Assembly (NCBI RefSeq): GCF_000150275.1
Contig: NW_002060972.1
Coordinates: 252,500-316,499 of the forward strand
From: Trichoplax adhaerens
Lineage: Eukaryota > Animalia > Placozoa
Direction of reading: 5' to 3'
DNA: 64,000 nucleotides
Shown: positions 1 to 14,300 of the stretch, piece by piece
How the letters are laid out: each line of letters begins with the position of its first letter
Position numbering within the stretch: position 1 is the first letter of the stretch
Notes under the pieces: generated by a model
Database searches by the model: none
What the model was told of the DNA's origin: nothing
What the model saw: only the letters and a program-made list of their open reading frames with translations
Position numbers and translations under genes: made by a program

Positions 1-3000
1 GCAATCTTGCTTTGTAGTTTCGCCATGTGCGAACGTTGTGTCCTTGTATTGGCAAACTTCTTCCTTGGCTATAGAAACAAACAAACAGCTATGAATACAA
101 CATTACAACTAAAACTTAAAAAATAATTTCTTTAGCTTACGTGGGCACATCATTCTTGTGCAAGCCCATTTTCCTGTAATACATTTGCTGTAGTCATGTA
201 AATAAAGATATTAGATTTTACTGCAAAGAGATGAGCTATAGTATCTGTAGTTACTAGCTATTCAGTATGTAAAGAAAGGCCAACTATCGTAGAATAATTT
301 ACCAGGTATTGCAATCTTGCTTTCTAGTTTCGCCATGTTCGTACAATGTATCTCTGTATGTGCAAACTTCTCTTTCTTCCTTTGCTGTAATGGGAAAATG
401 AAGCTATTACGACGACATGGAAACAAAGTTTATTTATTAATCTCCTTAGCTTACGTGGGCACATCATTCTTGTGCAAGCCCATTTTCCTGTAATACATTT
501 GCTGTAGTCATGTAAATAAAGATATTAGATTTTTACTGCAAAAGATGAGCTACGTATCTGCTATTTCTAGACGTTATTCAGTATGTAAAGAAAGGCCAAC
601 TATCGTAGAATAATTTACCAGGTATTGCAATCTTGCTTTCTAGTTTCATTATGTTCGTATATCGTATCTTCGTATTCGCAGACTCCTTCCCTGGCTGTAG
701 TAGAAGGAAATGACTATTAGAGCGATATTATAACTAAAATTTGAGTATCAGCTTTCTTAACTTACGTGGACATAGCATCCTTGTGCAAGCCCATCTTCCC
801 TTGATACATTTGCTGTAGTCATATTAATTAAGATATTAGATTTTTACTATTAAGAGATGAGGTGTAGTATTTTGTTACATCTGATTATTACTTAGCAAGT
901 AAAGAGATCTACCAGTAATACATATTAACAAACGGTTACTTTCATACGATAATTTACCAGGTGTTACAATCTTGCTTTGTAGTTTCGCCATGTGCGAACG
1001 TTGTGTCCTTGTATTGGCAAACTTCTTCCTTGGCTATAGAAACAAACAAACAGCTATGAATACAACATTACATCTAAAACTTAAAAATTAATTTCTTTAG
1101 CTTACGTGGGCACATCATTCTTGTGCAAGCCCATTTTCCTGTAATACATTTGCTGTAGTCATATAAATAAAGATATTAGATTTTTACTGCAAAGAGATGA
1201 GCTATGTATCTGCTATTTCTAGACGTTATTCAGTATGTAAAGAAAGGCCAACTATCGTAGGATAATTTACCAGGTATTGCAATCTTGCTTTCTAGTTTCA
1301 TTATGTTCGTATATCGTATCTTCGTATTCGCAGACTCCTTCCCTGGCTGTAGTAGAAGGAAATGACTATTAGAGCGATATTATAACTAAATTTAAGCATC
1401 AACTTTCTTAACTTACGTGGACATAGCATCCTTGTGCAAGCCCATCTTCCCTTGATACATTTGCTGTAGTCATATTAATTAAGATATTAGATTTTTACTA
1501 TTAAGAGATGAGGTGTAGTATTTTGTTACATCTGATTATTACTTAGCAAGTAAAGAGATCTACCAGTAATACATATTAACAAACGGTTACTTTCATACGA
1601 TAATTTACCAGGTATTACAATCTTGCTTTGTAGTTTCGCCATGTGCGAACGTTGTGTCCTTGTATTGGCAAACTTCTTCCTTGGCTATAGAAACAAACAA
1701 ACAGCTATGAATACAACATTACATCTAAAACTTAAAAATTAATTTCTTTAGCTTACGTGGGCACATCATTCTTGTGCAAGCCCATTTTCCTGTAATACAT
1801 TTGCTGTAGTCATGTAAATAAAGACATTAGAATTTTACTGCAAAGAGATGAGCTATAGTATCTGTAGTTACTAGCTATTCAGTATGTAAAGAAAGGCCAA
1901 CTATCGTAGAATAATTTACCAGGTATTGCAATCTTGCTTTCTAGTTTCGCCATGTTCGTACAATGTATCTCTGTATGTGCAAACTTCTCTTTCTTCCTTT
2001 GCTGTAATGGGAAAATGAGGCTATTACGACGACATGGAAACAAAGTTTATTTATTAATCTCCTTAGCTTACGTGGGCACATCATTCTTGTGCAAGCCCAT
2101 TTTCCTGTAATACATTTGCTGTAGTCATGTAAATAAAGATATTAGATTTTTACTGCAAAGAGATGAGCTATGTATCTGCTATTTCTAGACGTTATTCAGT
2201 ATGTAAAGAAAGGCCAACTATCGTAGGATAATTTACCAGGTATTGCAATCTTGCTTTCTAGTTTCATTATGTTCGTATATCGTATCTTCGTATTCGCAGA
2301 CTCCTTCCCTGGCTGTAGCAGAAGGAAATGACTATTAGAGCGATATTATAACTAAATTTAAGCATCAACTTTCTTAACTTACGTGGACATAGCATCCTTG
2401 TGCAAGCCCATCTTCCCTTGATACATTTGCTGTATCATATTAATTAAGATATTAGATTTTTAATATTAAGAGATGAGGTGTAGTATTTTGTTACATCTGA
2501 TTATTACTTAGTAAGTAAAGAGATCTACCAGTAATACATATTAACAAACGGTTACTTTCATACGATAATTTACCAGGTGTTACAATCTTGCTTTGTAGTT
2601 TCGCCATGTGCGAACGTTGTGTCCTTGTATTGGCAAACTTCTTCCTTGGCTATAGAAACAAACAAACAGCTATGAATACAACATTACAACTAAAACTTAA
2701 AAATTAATTTCTTTAGCTTACGTGGGCACATCATTCTTGTGCAAGCCCATTTTCCTGTAATACATTTGCTGTAGTCATGTAAATAAAGATATTAGAATTT
2801 TACTTCAAAGAGATGAGCTATAGTATCTGTAGTTACTAGCTATTCAGTATGTAAAGAAAGGCCAACTATCGTAGAATAATTTACCAGGTATTGCAATCTT
2901 GCTTTCTAGTTTCGCCATGTTCGTACAATGTATCTCTGTATGTGCAAACTTCCCTTTCTTCCTTTGCTGTAATGGGAAAATGAGGCTATTACGACGACAT

Positions 3001-5380
3001 GGAAACAAAAGTTTATTTATTAATCTCCTTAGCTTACGTGGGCACATCATTCTTGTGCAAGCCCATTTTCCTGTAATACATTTGCTGTAGTCACGTAAAT
3101 AAAGATATTAGATTTTTACTGCAAAGAGATGAGCTATGTATCTGCTATTTCTAGACGTTATTCAGTATGTAAAGAAAGGCCAACTATTGTAAGATAATTT
3201 ACCAGGTATTGCAATCTTGCTTTCTAGTTTCATTATGTTCGTATATCGTATCTTCGTATTCGCAGACTCCTTCCCTGGCTGTAGTAGAAGGAAATGACTA
3301 TTAGAGCGATATTAGAACTAAATTTAAGCATCAACTTTCTTAACTTACGTGGACATAGCATCCTTGTGCAAGCCCATCTTCCCTTGATACATTTGCTGTA
3401 GTCATATTAATTAAGATATTAGATTTTTACTATTAAGAGATGAGGTGTAGTATTTTGTTACATCTGATTATTACTTAGCAAGTAAAGAGATCTACCAGTA
3501 ATACATATTAACAAACGGTTACTTTCATACGATAATTTACCAGGTATTACAATCTTGCTTTGTAGTTTCGCCATGTGCGAACGTTGTGTCCTTGTATTGG
3601 CAAACTTCTTCCTTGGCTATAGAAACAAACAAACAGCTATGAATACAACATTACATCTAAAACTTAAAAATTAATTTCTTTAGCTTACGTGGGCACATCA
3701 TTCTTGTGCAAGCCCATTTTCCTGTAATACATTTGCTGTAGTCATGTAAATAAAGACATTAGAATTTTACTGCAAAGAGATGAGCTATAGTATCTGTAGT
3801 TACTAGCTATTCAGTATGTAAAGAAAGGCCAACTATCGTAGAATAATTTACCAGGTATTGCAATCTTGCTTTCTAGTTTCGCCATGTTCGTACAATGTAT
3901 CTCTGAATGTGCAAACTTCTCTTTCTTCCTTTGCTGTAATGGGAAAATGAAGCTATTACGACGACATGGAAACAAAGTTTATTTATTAATCTCCTTAGCT
4001 TACGTGGGCACATCATTCTTGTGCAAGCCCATTTTCCTGTAATACATTTGCTGTAGTCATGTAAATAAAGATATTAGATTTTTACTTCAAAGAGATGAGC
4101 TATGTATCTGCTATTTCTAGACGTTATTCAGTATGTAAAGAAAGGCCAACTATCGTAGAATAATTTACCAGGTATTGCAATCTTGCTTTCTAGTTTCATT
4201 ATGTTCGTATATCGTATCTTCGTATTCGCAGACTCCTTCCCTGGCTGTAGTAGAAGGAAATGACTATTAGAGAGATATTATAACTAAAATTTGAGTATCA
4301 GCTTTCTTAACTTACGTGGACATAGCATCCTTGTGCAAGCCCATCTTCCCTTGATACATTTGCTGTAGTCATATTAATTAAGATATTAGATTTTTACTAT
4401 TAAGAGATGAGGTGTAGTATTTTGTTACATCTGATTATTACTTAGTAAGTAAAGAGATCTACCAGTAATATATATTAATTAACAAACGGTTACTTTCATA
4501 CGATAATTTACCAGGTATTGCAATCTTGCTTTGTAGTTTCGCCATGTGCGAACGTTGTGTCCTTGTATTGGCAAACTTCTTCCTTGGCTATAGAAACAAA
4601 CAAACAGCTATGAATACAACATTACAACTAAAGCTTAAAAATTAATTTCTTTAGCTTACGTGGGCACATCATTCTTGTGCAAGCCCATTTTCCTGTAATA
4701 CATTTGCTGTAGTCATGTAAATAAAGACATTAGAATTTTACTGCAAAGAGATGAGCTATAGTATCTGTAGTTACTAGCTATTCAGTATGTAAAGAAAGGC
4801 CAACTATCGTAGAATAATTTACCAGGTATTGCAATCTTGCTTTCTAGTTTCGCCATGTTCGTACAATGTATCTCTGAATGTGCAAACTTCTCTTTCTTCC
4901 TTTGCTGTAATGGGAAAATGAGGCTATTACGACGACATGGAAACAAAGTTTATTTATTAATCTCCTTAGCTTACGTGGGCACATCATTCTTGTGCAAGCC
5001 CATTTTCCTGTAATACATTTGCTGTAGTCATGTAAATAAAGATATTAGATTTTTACTTCAAAAATGAGCTATGTATCTGCTATTTCTAGACGTTATTCAG
5101 TATGTAAAGAAAGGCCAACTATCGTAGGATAATTTACCAGGTATTGCAATCTTGCTTTCTAGTTTCATTATGTTCGTATATCGTATCTTCGTATTCGCAG
5201 ACTCCTTCCCTGGCTGTAGTAGAAGGAAATGACTATTAGAGCGATATTATAACTAAAATTTAAGCATCAGCTTTCTTAACTTACGTGGACATAGCATCCT
5301 TGTGCAAGCCCATCTTCCCTTGATACATTTGCTGTAATCATATTAATTAAGATATTAGATTTTTAATATTAAGAGATGAG
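1..5380. repeat. Higher-order tandem repeat, ~965-bp unit = three pacifastin domains (6 exons plus introns); one unit shortened to 651 bp
   Basis: A-type exon left edges at 958, 1609, 2574, 3541, 4512 (spacings 651, 965, 967, 971). Exons and introns are near-identical. Domain types: A (KEEVCQYK), B (KEEREVCTY/FR), C (REGVCEYE). Confidence 0.97.
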
Positions 5381-8300
5381 CCTTAGTATCTGCTATTTCT
5401 GATAATTATCTAGCATCTAAAAAATCTAGCGTTGATACATGTAAAAAAGGGCAAATGTTATAGGATAATTTACCAGGTGTTGCAATCTTGCTTTGTAATT
5501 TCACCTTGTTGGAACATTTCATCTTTGTATTGGCAAACTTCTTCCTTGGCTATATTAGAAAGAAAACGTCCTTCAGGGCGATTTTATAACTAAAATTTAA
5601 GTATTAATCTCATTAACTTACGTGGACACATCATCCTTGTGCAACCCCATCTTCCATCAATACATTTGCTATAGAGATATAAAATAAAAGATCAGTATTT
5701 ACAGTTATTAAAACTGGACTACAATATCAGTTGTATCTCTTTAGTCTCTTGCGAGACAGAAGCCAAGTCATTATGCATGCGTAGAGCAGAGATCAAAGTA
5801 CTATACTGAAATTACTTAATAGCATGCTAGTGTTTAATAGGGTTGCTTTCCTTACCAAGTGTTACAATCTTGTTTTCGGGTAGCACCATGTTGGAAAGTT
5901 TCGTTTTCATGGAAGCATGATTTTCGCTCTATAAGTAGTTTAAAGAACTTAGTCAGTACCACAAACTAGCACTAATTATCCTTTTCAACTCCAACTTACT
6001 TGGTGGACACATCATTCTAGTACAAGCCCATTTTCCGTTAGTGCACATGCTAAATACACGTAAATGATGCAGCATTAATACAAGGTAGATAGATCAAATG
6101 TACAATACGGAATAAATTTTTACCAAGTGTTGCAGTCTTGCTTTCGGGTTTCTCTATGAGAATAATATTCATTATTATGGACACAAATTTCGGATCCTGA
6201 GGTAAAATGAAAGCGAAATTAGTATCCTAACAGCTGTAATCCAAAATCTGAATACTGATCCCATTTCGATTACTTACCTGGTGGGCACATTTTCATAGTG
6301 CATGCCCAGCTACCGTTGTTGCATATACTACATACAAATTACACATCGTTAGCTAACCTATCCTTTTGTAAGGAACATATTCATTTCAATGATAGTTACA
6401 AATAGATGAAAGTTTCAACGTAGCTCTATATCATGGAATAATATCCACCTAATTCAATCTAAAATGATTCAATAAGCTATAATATTTTTTTTACCAGGTA
6501 TTACAATCTAAGCTTCTGTTTTCGCCATGGTTGAATTTGAGGCCACTATGTCGGCATACTCTAGCAGCTGATCAACATTAAATGATCACTTTATTAATTA
6601 AATAGAAAATGCAATTGCACACTATAGCTTCAGTAGCATCTTTTAAATCTTCTGAATAGGAGAACTTACTGGTGTTTTCGTGGTGGCGGCAAGGTCTGTG
6701 TCTACATCCCCAGAAACCTCCTTCCATGCATCGGCTATAGATTAATTTAATCATATCATAACAAGATAAATACCAAGAAAAAGGACTTATCTATGATTGT
6801 CGGTAATCAATTAAATGATATTTTAGAAACATACCAATGTCTGCATCGGTGTCGCATTCTGTGGCCAACTTCAAAAGTTCTGTCCATCATTCTACATTTT
6901 CTTTCTGTTATTCATAAGCAATGGAAGTTAGGCATCGCAGTTTTTCATATTCGCTTGGTATCATTGCTATATAGCTTGGATTAACTGTTTACCTGGTTTG
7001 TTTTCACAAGTATTTTGTGTGCAGTTCCAACTTCCATTTGAAAGGCATTGGCTAATAATTTCGCAGTATAGTAGTGTGAATCAGAGTTAAAGCAGAGTAA
7101 ATATCTACTACTGATGGCTTTAAATCTTTGATTATTTTACCATTCATTGCAGTCTTGTTTGGATCGTTCGCCTTCATAGAAAAGACGTTTTCCGTGTTTG
7201 CAGGTTGTCTCAGCTACATTAAAAGGAAAGAAAGGTGTTATACCAGTATTTTATGTCAAAGTCAGTATCAATTTTAGTTACAATAACTGTAATAACTTAC
7301 AAAGTGTTTCGTTTTCAGTGCAGTCTTTCGCTGTGCATGCCATATTACCAGTAGGTAAGCATGTGCTATAAGAAAATAATGGATGAGTTTTAGTATTCTC
7401 GTATGGACCTTCAACGTTATATTTTTAATCCGATAATAATTAATCAATGAGTAACATATTCATTTTACACACTGTCGTAGGTCTAAATACTTACCATAAG
7501 TTGCAGTTCTTGCGGATAGTTTCACCATGGAAAAGGAACATTCCACGCATTTCGCATATGAATTTAACATCTAGATATCAATGAATGGCAATTAGTATTT
7601 CTTTCCGTTAAAATGTGTTAGGGTTGCATAGTAAGAGACAAGAAAATACTTACGAGGATTAGAGCAAGGTTTGGTAGTACAGTTCCATTCGCCATTTGTA
7701 TAGCACTTACTATATAAGTAAAAGTATCGAAAAAGGTTTCATCAGCTTAGCCAACAGGTAAAAGTAACAAGCAAAATTCGACACTATGACAAATCTTAAT
7801 CCTACTTACCACATATTGCATCCTTGCTTCTTAATGGTACCAGCAGCAAAAGTCCTACCACGGAAGGTACAAGTCGGGGTAGTTTCTAGATGAAAAGTCA
7901 AATTGGGTAATTATGAGGCCAATTCCTCAATTTGGGATTTTAATGTAGGATTGAACCGAACTCTTGATCGATTAAATTAAATGTATTTTCCCACTATAGC
8001 TGCTAATTTCTTATATTTCTGAACAAAACCTAACATTTGTTTCAATATCTCAATAGTTAACCTCAATCAAGCTACAAACGTTATCTAATTCATTATGGGA
8101 AATAACCTAGCTAACATAAACTTGCTCAGATATGTTACAATGTTTGCTGCTAAACATGTACTGTGTTGTATCCGAATAGCTAGTTATTGACAATTCTTGG
8201 TCACAACTCTTACTGAAACAGTAATAAGATTAGGTCTATATATATAATACCTGCTTAACCTGATATTATAGCTTTCAACTATCAAAATACCCCACTAGAC

Positions 8301-11300
8301 TCTTCATTCAAGAATATTGATTTCTTGTATTCCTCAAACAAGGTCTAATGTTTTCTACAGTATCTTAATAGTTTACCTTAATCAAGCTATATACTTGCAT
8401 CTCATTCATTACGAAAATAATCTGGATTATATAAATTTGTTAAGATATGTTGCAATATCTGCTGCTACAGAAGTGTAGGACTTTATTCGAATAACTAGTT
8501 CTTGATAGTTCTTGATCGTAACTCCTACTACAACAGTAACTAAGATTAAGTCGATGGACTACTGTACTGAACCCAGTGATAAAGCTTTTAGCTACGGAAG
8601 TATACCAGTAAACTATTCATACACAACCAATTAAGCTTGCATAATTACCATTGCGAGGTGGACACATCATTCGAGTGCATCCCCAAGCTCCATCCTTCAG
8701 GCACATACTATTAGAGAATAAATTATGAAAATGATTAATCTATTTCTACAAAGAAATAGTACTTAGAGCTATTCATTTATTCATGCCAAGTTCTATCCAC
8801 CTACCATCGGTTGCAGTCATCCATACGTATTTCACTAGGACGATAGATTTCATTGTTGTGTGTGCATAATTTGGTAGCCACTGTACCATAAAAATATGAA
8901 TTTTATAATCATTAATGACTACATAGTTGTGAGTCTTAAAATAGATTGCAAAATAATTGGACTAGCTACTGCTTCTAAACTGCATCTCATCATAACTGAT
9001 GTAAATGCACTGTCAACTTGTGTTCCAAACTTGAATGAAGCACTAAAAGATATCAACTTTTTCCTAGTAGTGATGATCAACTACTCAATTAAAATTTTGC
9101 ATTACTTGGTTGTTTTGGACATTTAAAGGCGGTGCAAGCCCACAAGCCATATTTGTTACATTTGCTATTTTAAAGCCAATTCAAGACATTCATCAAGTAA
9201 CAAATTGTTGCAAATATTAAATGTATACTGTGTTATTAAAACGCTAGTATTACATTAATTGGATTTCATCTTACCACTTGTTGCAACTATCCTTTTTGGC
9301 AATAAAGCCAGTAGGGTAAGTTGTTCCCATATGATAGCAAACTGGAGATTCTTCTATTTTATATAGAATAAAAAAAAGGATTCACAGTTAATTCAAGACT
9401 AGCTAGGAAAAAATGCTTTGGATAGAACTTACCACGTGCACATGGTAACTCCATACACTCAACAGTTTCATTACCCCGGCATGAACTATTAAACAACAAA
9501 CAGTTAAGATTTGATACTAAATTTTACTATAATAATTCAACTCTCCAACAGCCTAACTAACCAATAACTGCAATTAAACTTTCTAACTTCACCCAAGTAC
9601 AATGTCGTATTCTGGTAGGTGCATTGAGGTAGTGATTCTAGCATTAAAACCATAGTCATTGGAGAATCATTAGTAAAACCGATCAATTCTACTAGACGGC
9701 AAAGTGATATGATTGAATAAGAATGGAAATAAAATATTTTCTGATACCTTTCTCATAGTTTGGATTGCACATCATTCGTGTGCAAGCCCACTGGCCGGTA
9801 TAGCCGCATTTGCTGAAAAATAGCAAATTGTCGATATTAGCAATGGCATGAACTTAACTTTAGCTTTTATATAGGAAAAGACGAATGATAGCGTAGACGA
9901 TTAACGATTTAGATAGACCTACCAGAGATTGCAGCTATTACGGATCTGTTCTCCCTTCTGGAAATATTGATTGTTAAATTTGCAAACGCGTGTAACGTCT
10001 AGAGATAAATTAGAAAATGATCGGCTCGGTATAACAAGGTAGAATGTTATAGAAATATGCTCTGTATTTAAGGTAAAGATAACCAAAATTTAATTACATG
10101 CTTTTATTTTATTTTGAAAAATTAAGTTTTACTTACTGTATTTCTCTTCGACACAGACTTTCTCGGTGCACATCCATTTTCCGGTAGATGAGCAAGTACT
10201 AATAACGAGTGATATCGGAGTTATTTGTTGAAATATCAAGCATGACCGATTTGATGCAATCATTACGATCAAACTGAAAATTCATTAGCTTGAATCAAAT
10301 TGATTTTTCTTACCATTTATTACAGTCAAGGAATTTAGTTTCTCCAACTCGACTGACTTCATTACCCATTTGGCAAGTGGTATCTGAAATAGAGATAGAG
10401 AAATTGGTTAGTTAAAACATTGCAAGAATATGAACTACTATTGAAAAGAAAGTCATGCTTACTTGGTCTATTAGGTGGGCACATCATTCTGGTGCAACCC
10501 CAACCACCATTGGTTAAACATTTACTACAAACGTAAAGTTCTCCATTTTAGAGCAGAATCATACAATAGTATCACAGATAAAGCAAAATGATATACCATG
10601 TATTGCAGTCCTGCATCCGGATTTCATAGGTATTATAAGTTCGGTTTTCGTGCATACATAAAGTTTGGTTGACTAAAAAATTGATGCCAAGATTAAATCG
10701 ATTCGCTCAGCGAGCTTATTATTTCATTTAGATATTTAAATATACAAACATGTAGTTGGGCATCGCTTAGCGGTACATAGCCATTGTCCAGTCTTGCCGC
10801 ACATACTGTAAGGGAGTAAAATAGTTAAAAAAATTGAATTGGAATGTTAAATTCCTATTTTAAAGTTGTAAAAATACAAAATCTAAACTGCCGATATTGA
10901 TATGATATAATCAATTTATCGATACCTCTCATACCGCAAGATATGCAGTTGCAAAACTTATTAATCCTTATACATAAAGATATTTCAAAATTGGCACGTG
11001 TGCTAACATATTAAGGCCTATTACTCACCAGGTATTGCAGCTCTGCTTTTTAATATGTCCAATGTTAAATCGACGACCACGGTGGACGCAGCCTTCTATA
11101 AGGACAACGAAAAATAAAATTTTTACGATACATCTATTTATTAGGCCTATTTCTGTAACCAATTTCCCTAAATAAATACTAAGAAACCCTTATTTACACT
11201 ACCTTGGCTATAAGGATATCCGCAGCTATAGTTTGAGCAAGCCCAGGTTTCATTTCGGGTACAGTTGCTATAAAAATATCCAAGATACAAGATTATTAGT

Positions 11301-14300
11301 CCTAAATACTTATTACATTTTGAAATTGCTTGCTCCATGTAAATAATTTATTAACACACCAGAAATTGCATTGGTCTTTACGGATTTCACCATGGAAGAA
11401 AGTTCTTGTTTTATGTTGGCACTGAGGTACAGTTGCTGTGAATATAAAGAAAGAAATTAATCAAGACTGAGATATATTACTAAGAGAGCAGGAGTAATGA
11501 CCTAAGGATAGTAAAGCGCTAAATAATAATTAATTTAGATCAAAATGTTAACCATTACTTAAATTAAATTCAGGTGGACACATTTTAGTGGTACACATCC
11601 AGCGTCCAGAGTTTGAACAGCGGCTAAATTTGATAATGGAAAAACGTTAAATATCAATTTGTGCTATTATCTAAGATTTCTCTTTGGTAACAAGTAATAG
11701 CTCAATGGCATAAATATTAATACCATAGATTGCATTTTTCCCTTCTTAGTTCACCGCGAACGAAAAATCGCCCGTCTTTTTCACAAACGTTGTCGAGCAT
11801 GTTAGCTGTAATAACATATAAGCCATATTTAAATTGATAGTCGAGTTTGAACTGATAGAAATCAAAGTATCAATTTAAGAACACTATGTAGCAGATGATT
11901 TTAGATCTCTTAATAAGGTTTATTCAGTATTAATTAATCTACATGACCGCCCATTACTTTGGTTAGTTGGCTGGCAAGCCATTCTAGTGCATGCCCATAT
12001 GCCCTTTAGGCATCGACTAAATGAAAGTAATAAAATAAAGTAAAAAGTGAGCTTATTCTTTGCCATTAAACATGATCACAAACAGTATAAGTAATAAGCT
12101 ATACCAGGTGTTGCAGTCTTGCTTCCTCATTTGATATTGTCTGTATTCACGACCACGGTACGTGCAGGTATATTCTATGAGTATCAATATAAAATTAAAT
12201 TTCATCATGAGACAGATAAGAAGTAAAATAAAAATGATTAATAATCCCGATCTATTTCGCCAAATTGCAGTTAAAGCATTGATATAAACTTGCCTCTGTT
12301 GGGTAAACACATTCTGCGTGTACACATCCACTTAGCGTTTGGTCCACATTTGCTGTAATACAACATTATGCAATTAGTTAATCAATTATAAAATAGCATA
12401 TATGCGACCTTTAAATTGCCGAAGAATCCAGATTTAGAATCTTAGTTATAAAATGAATAAGTTTCAATTCATACCAGTAGTTGCAGTCGATCTTGGTAAC
12501 CGCGCTAATGTTATATTCTCGGTCGTTTAAGATACATTTCCTAGTCTTGGGTGGTGTATCTTTAATACAATTGCAACGAAGTGTTAGGTCTGCCTATCAA
12601 AGTAGGCTACTTAAACTAAATGCATCAATGCTTCGCAATTTCTTCCTGAATATCAGTATAACTAATGAAAATGACTACAACTGAAATCACATAAATGTAG
12701 CAAATGATGCATGTCTAACTTGAACTTGTACTTGGAGGTTAGAAATTAAGGAAAAGCTATAATTATATCTCCAATTATTGCAAATATTGTAATGTTAGTA
12801 CTACTTAAATGTGTAGGTAATCTAAGTAAACATCTTCATAATCTCTTTGATCAGCATAATGGCTATCACTGTTCTGGTAATAATGATTGATAATGCCTCT
12901 TTGGTATGAATATCAAGGTAACGGAAGCTTATACTAATACATAGTAAAAAATAGGAAATTTATCCAATTTAGATAGTACTGACATTCCACTGGAAAGAAT
13001 ACGAAAAGAAAGCTAAACTTTCATAATATAATAATTACCTGGACGATCATTGCAATCATTTCTGGTACACATGAATTTGCCAGTTGGTGTGCATCGGCTA
13101 GTAATCAAAAATAAAGCGGATGAACCAATCAATAAGGATAGAATGAATCCTATCAAATACTAATGATCTTTTTTATAGATTATGTATACCAAACATTGCA
13201 ACCACGAGCTACGTAGTCACCAGTTCTGAATCTACGTCCGCCATAATTGCAAGTAACTAAAAATGGAGAAGCAAGTTTACGATTGGTCTGTTCAAATTAT
13301 GTACAAGTAAAACATGAGCTAGTTACATTCTCTAGGTGGGCAGGCTTTACGTGTACAACCCCATCGATTGTTTCCGAAACATCGACTATTATCCAAAGTA
13401 AAAAATAATCAAATTAGCACGACTATTTATGTAATAGCATAACTAGCTAAGAATTTCACTGACCAGATGTTACAATCGTCAGCTCTTGTTTCTTCTTTTC
13501 TGAACATTTTACCTTCAAAAATGCAGACATCTCGTCGTCCTATGCATTGATTGAGCAATCCAAAGATTAGTTATAAAATAATAATATAACTACTGAATTA
13601 TCTATAAGTATGCCTAAAATACTCTTGATTAAGTTGGCATGAAAACTGAAGAATAATTAGGATGATTGAATGTATTTTTGTAACTGTTATCAACATACCT
13701 TCAGGTGGTGGGCAGAACATTCTGGTACAAGCCCATCTGTTGCTACCAAGGCACTTACTATTTGAAAAATAATTCCAAAAAGTTTCACTTTAGCCATTTG
13801 CTGTAAAAATGCAACACCACTGCTATTACTAGACTTGATGATAACTGTTGTAAACTAAGTTAAAGGTGAAAAATTAACCAGGTGTTGCAATCTTTGCGTT
13901 TGGTTTCATTTTGCTTGAGCAACATGGTATTATGGACACACAATTTGGTAGTATCTGTAATGATTGCAAGACATGAACAGTTAGACAATATTAACATCTC
14001 AGTAGAACGCGATGAGCTTATTTAGGTTACTAGCAGCCACTCCATGAAGAATTTATGCTAGCAAAGGAAGTTAGTAGCACTATACTGACCTGGGTGATTT
14101 GGTGTATCAGGGCAGGCTATCCTGGTGCAAGCCCATTTGTTTTGGCCTAAACACTTGCTAAAGAGCAAGAAGAAATAAATAAAGACGAGCTATAGCGATA
14201 ATTGATCCTCTCAAATTGCAGATATACTGCTAAATATTTCAATAGCGAACAATAAAAGCATATAGAAGTACTGATAATGAAGGAGCAGCAACACCTACCA

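Noticed and set aside
2844-3090. ORF-track proteins inside the tandem array
   Set aside because: Intron read-through or antisense frames, open in this copy only because of a 1-bp intronic indel.
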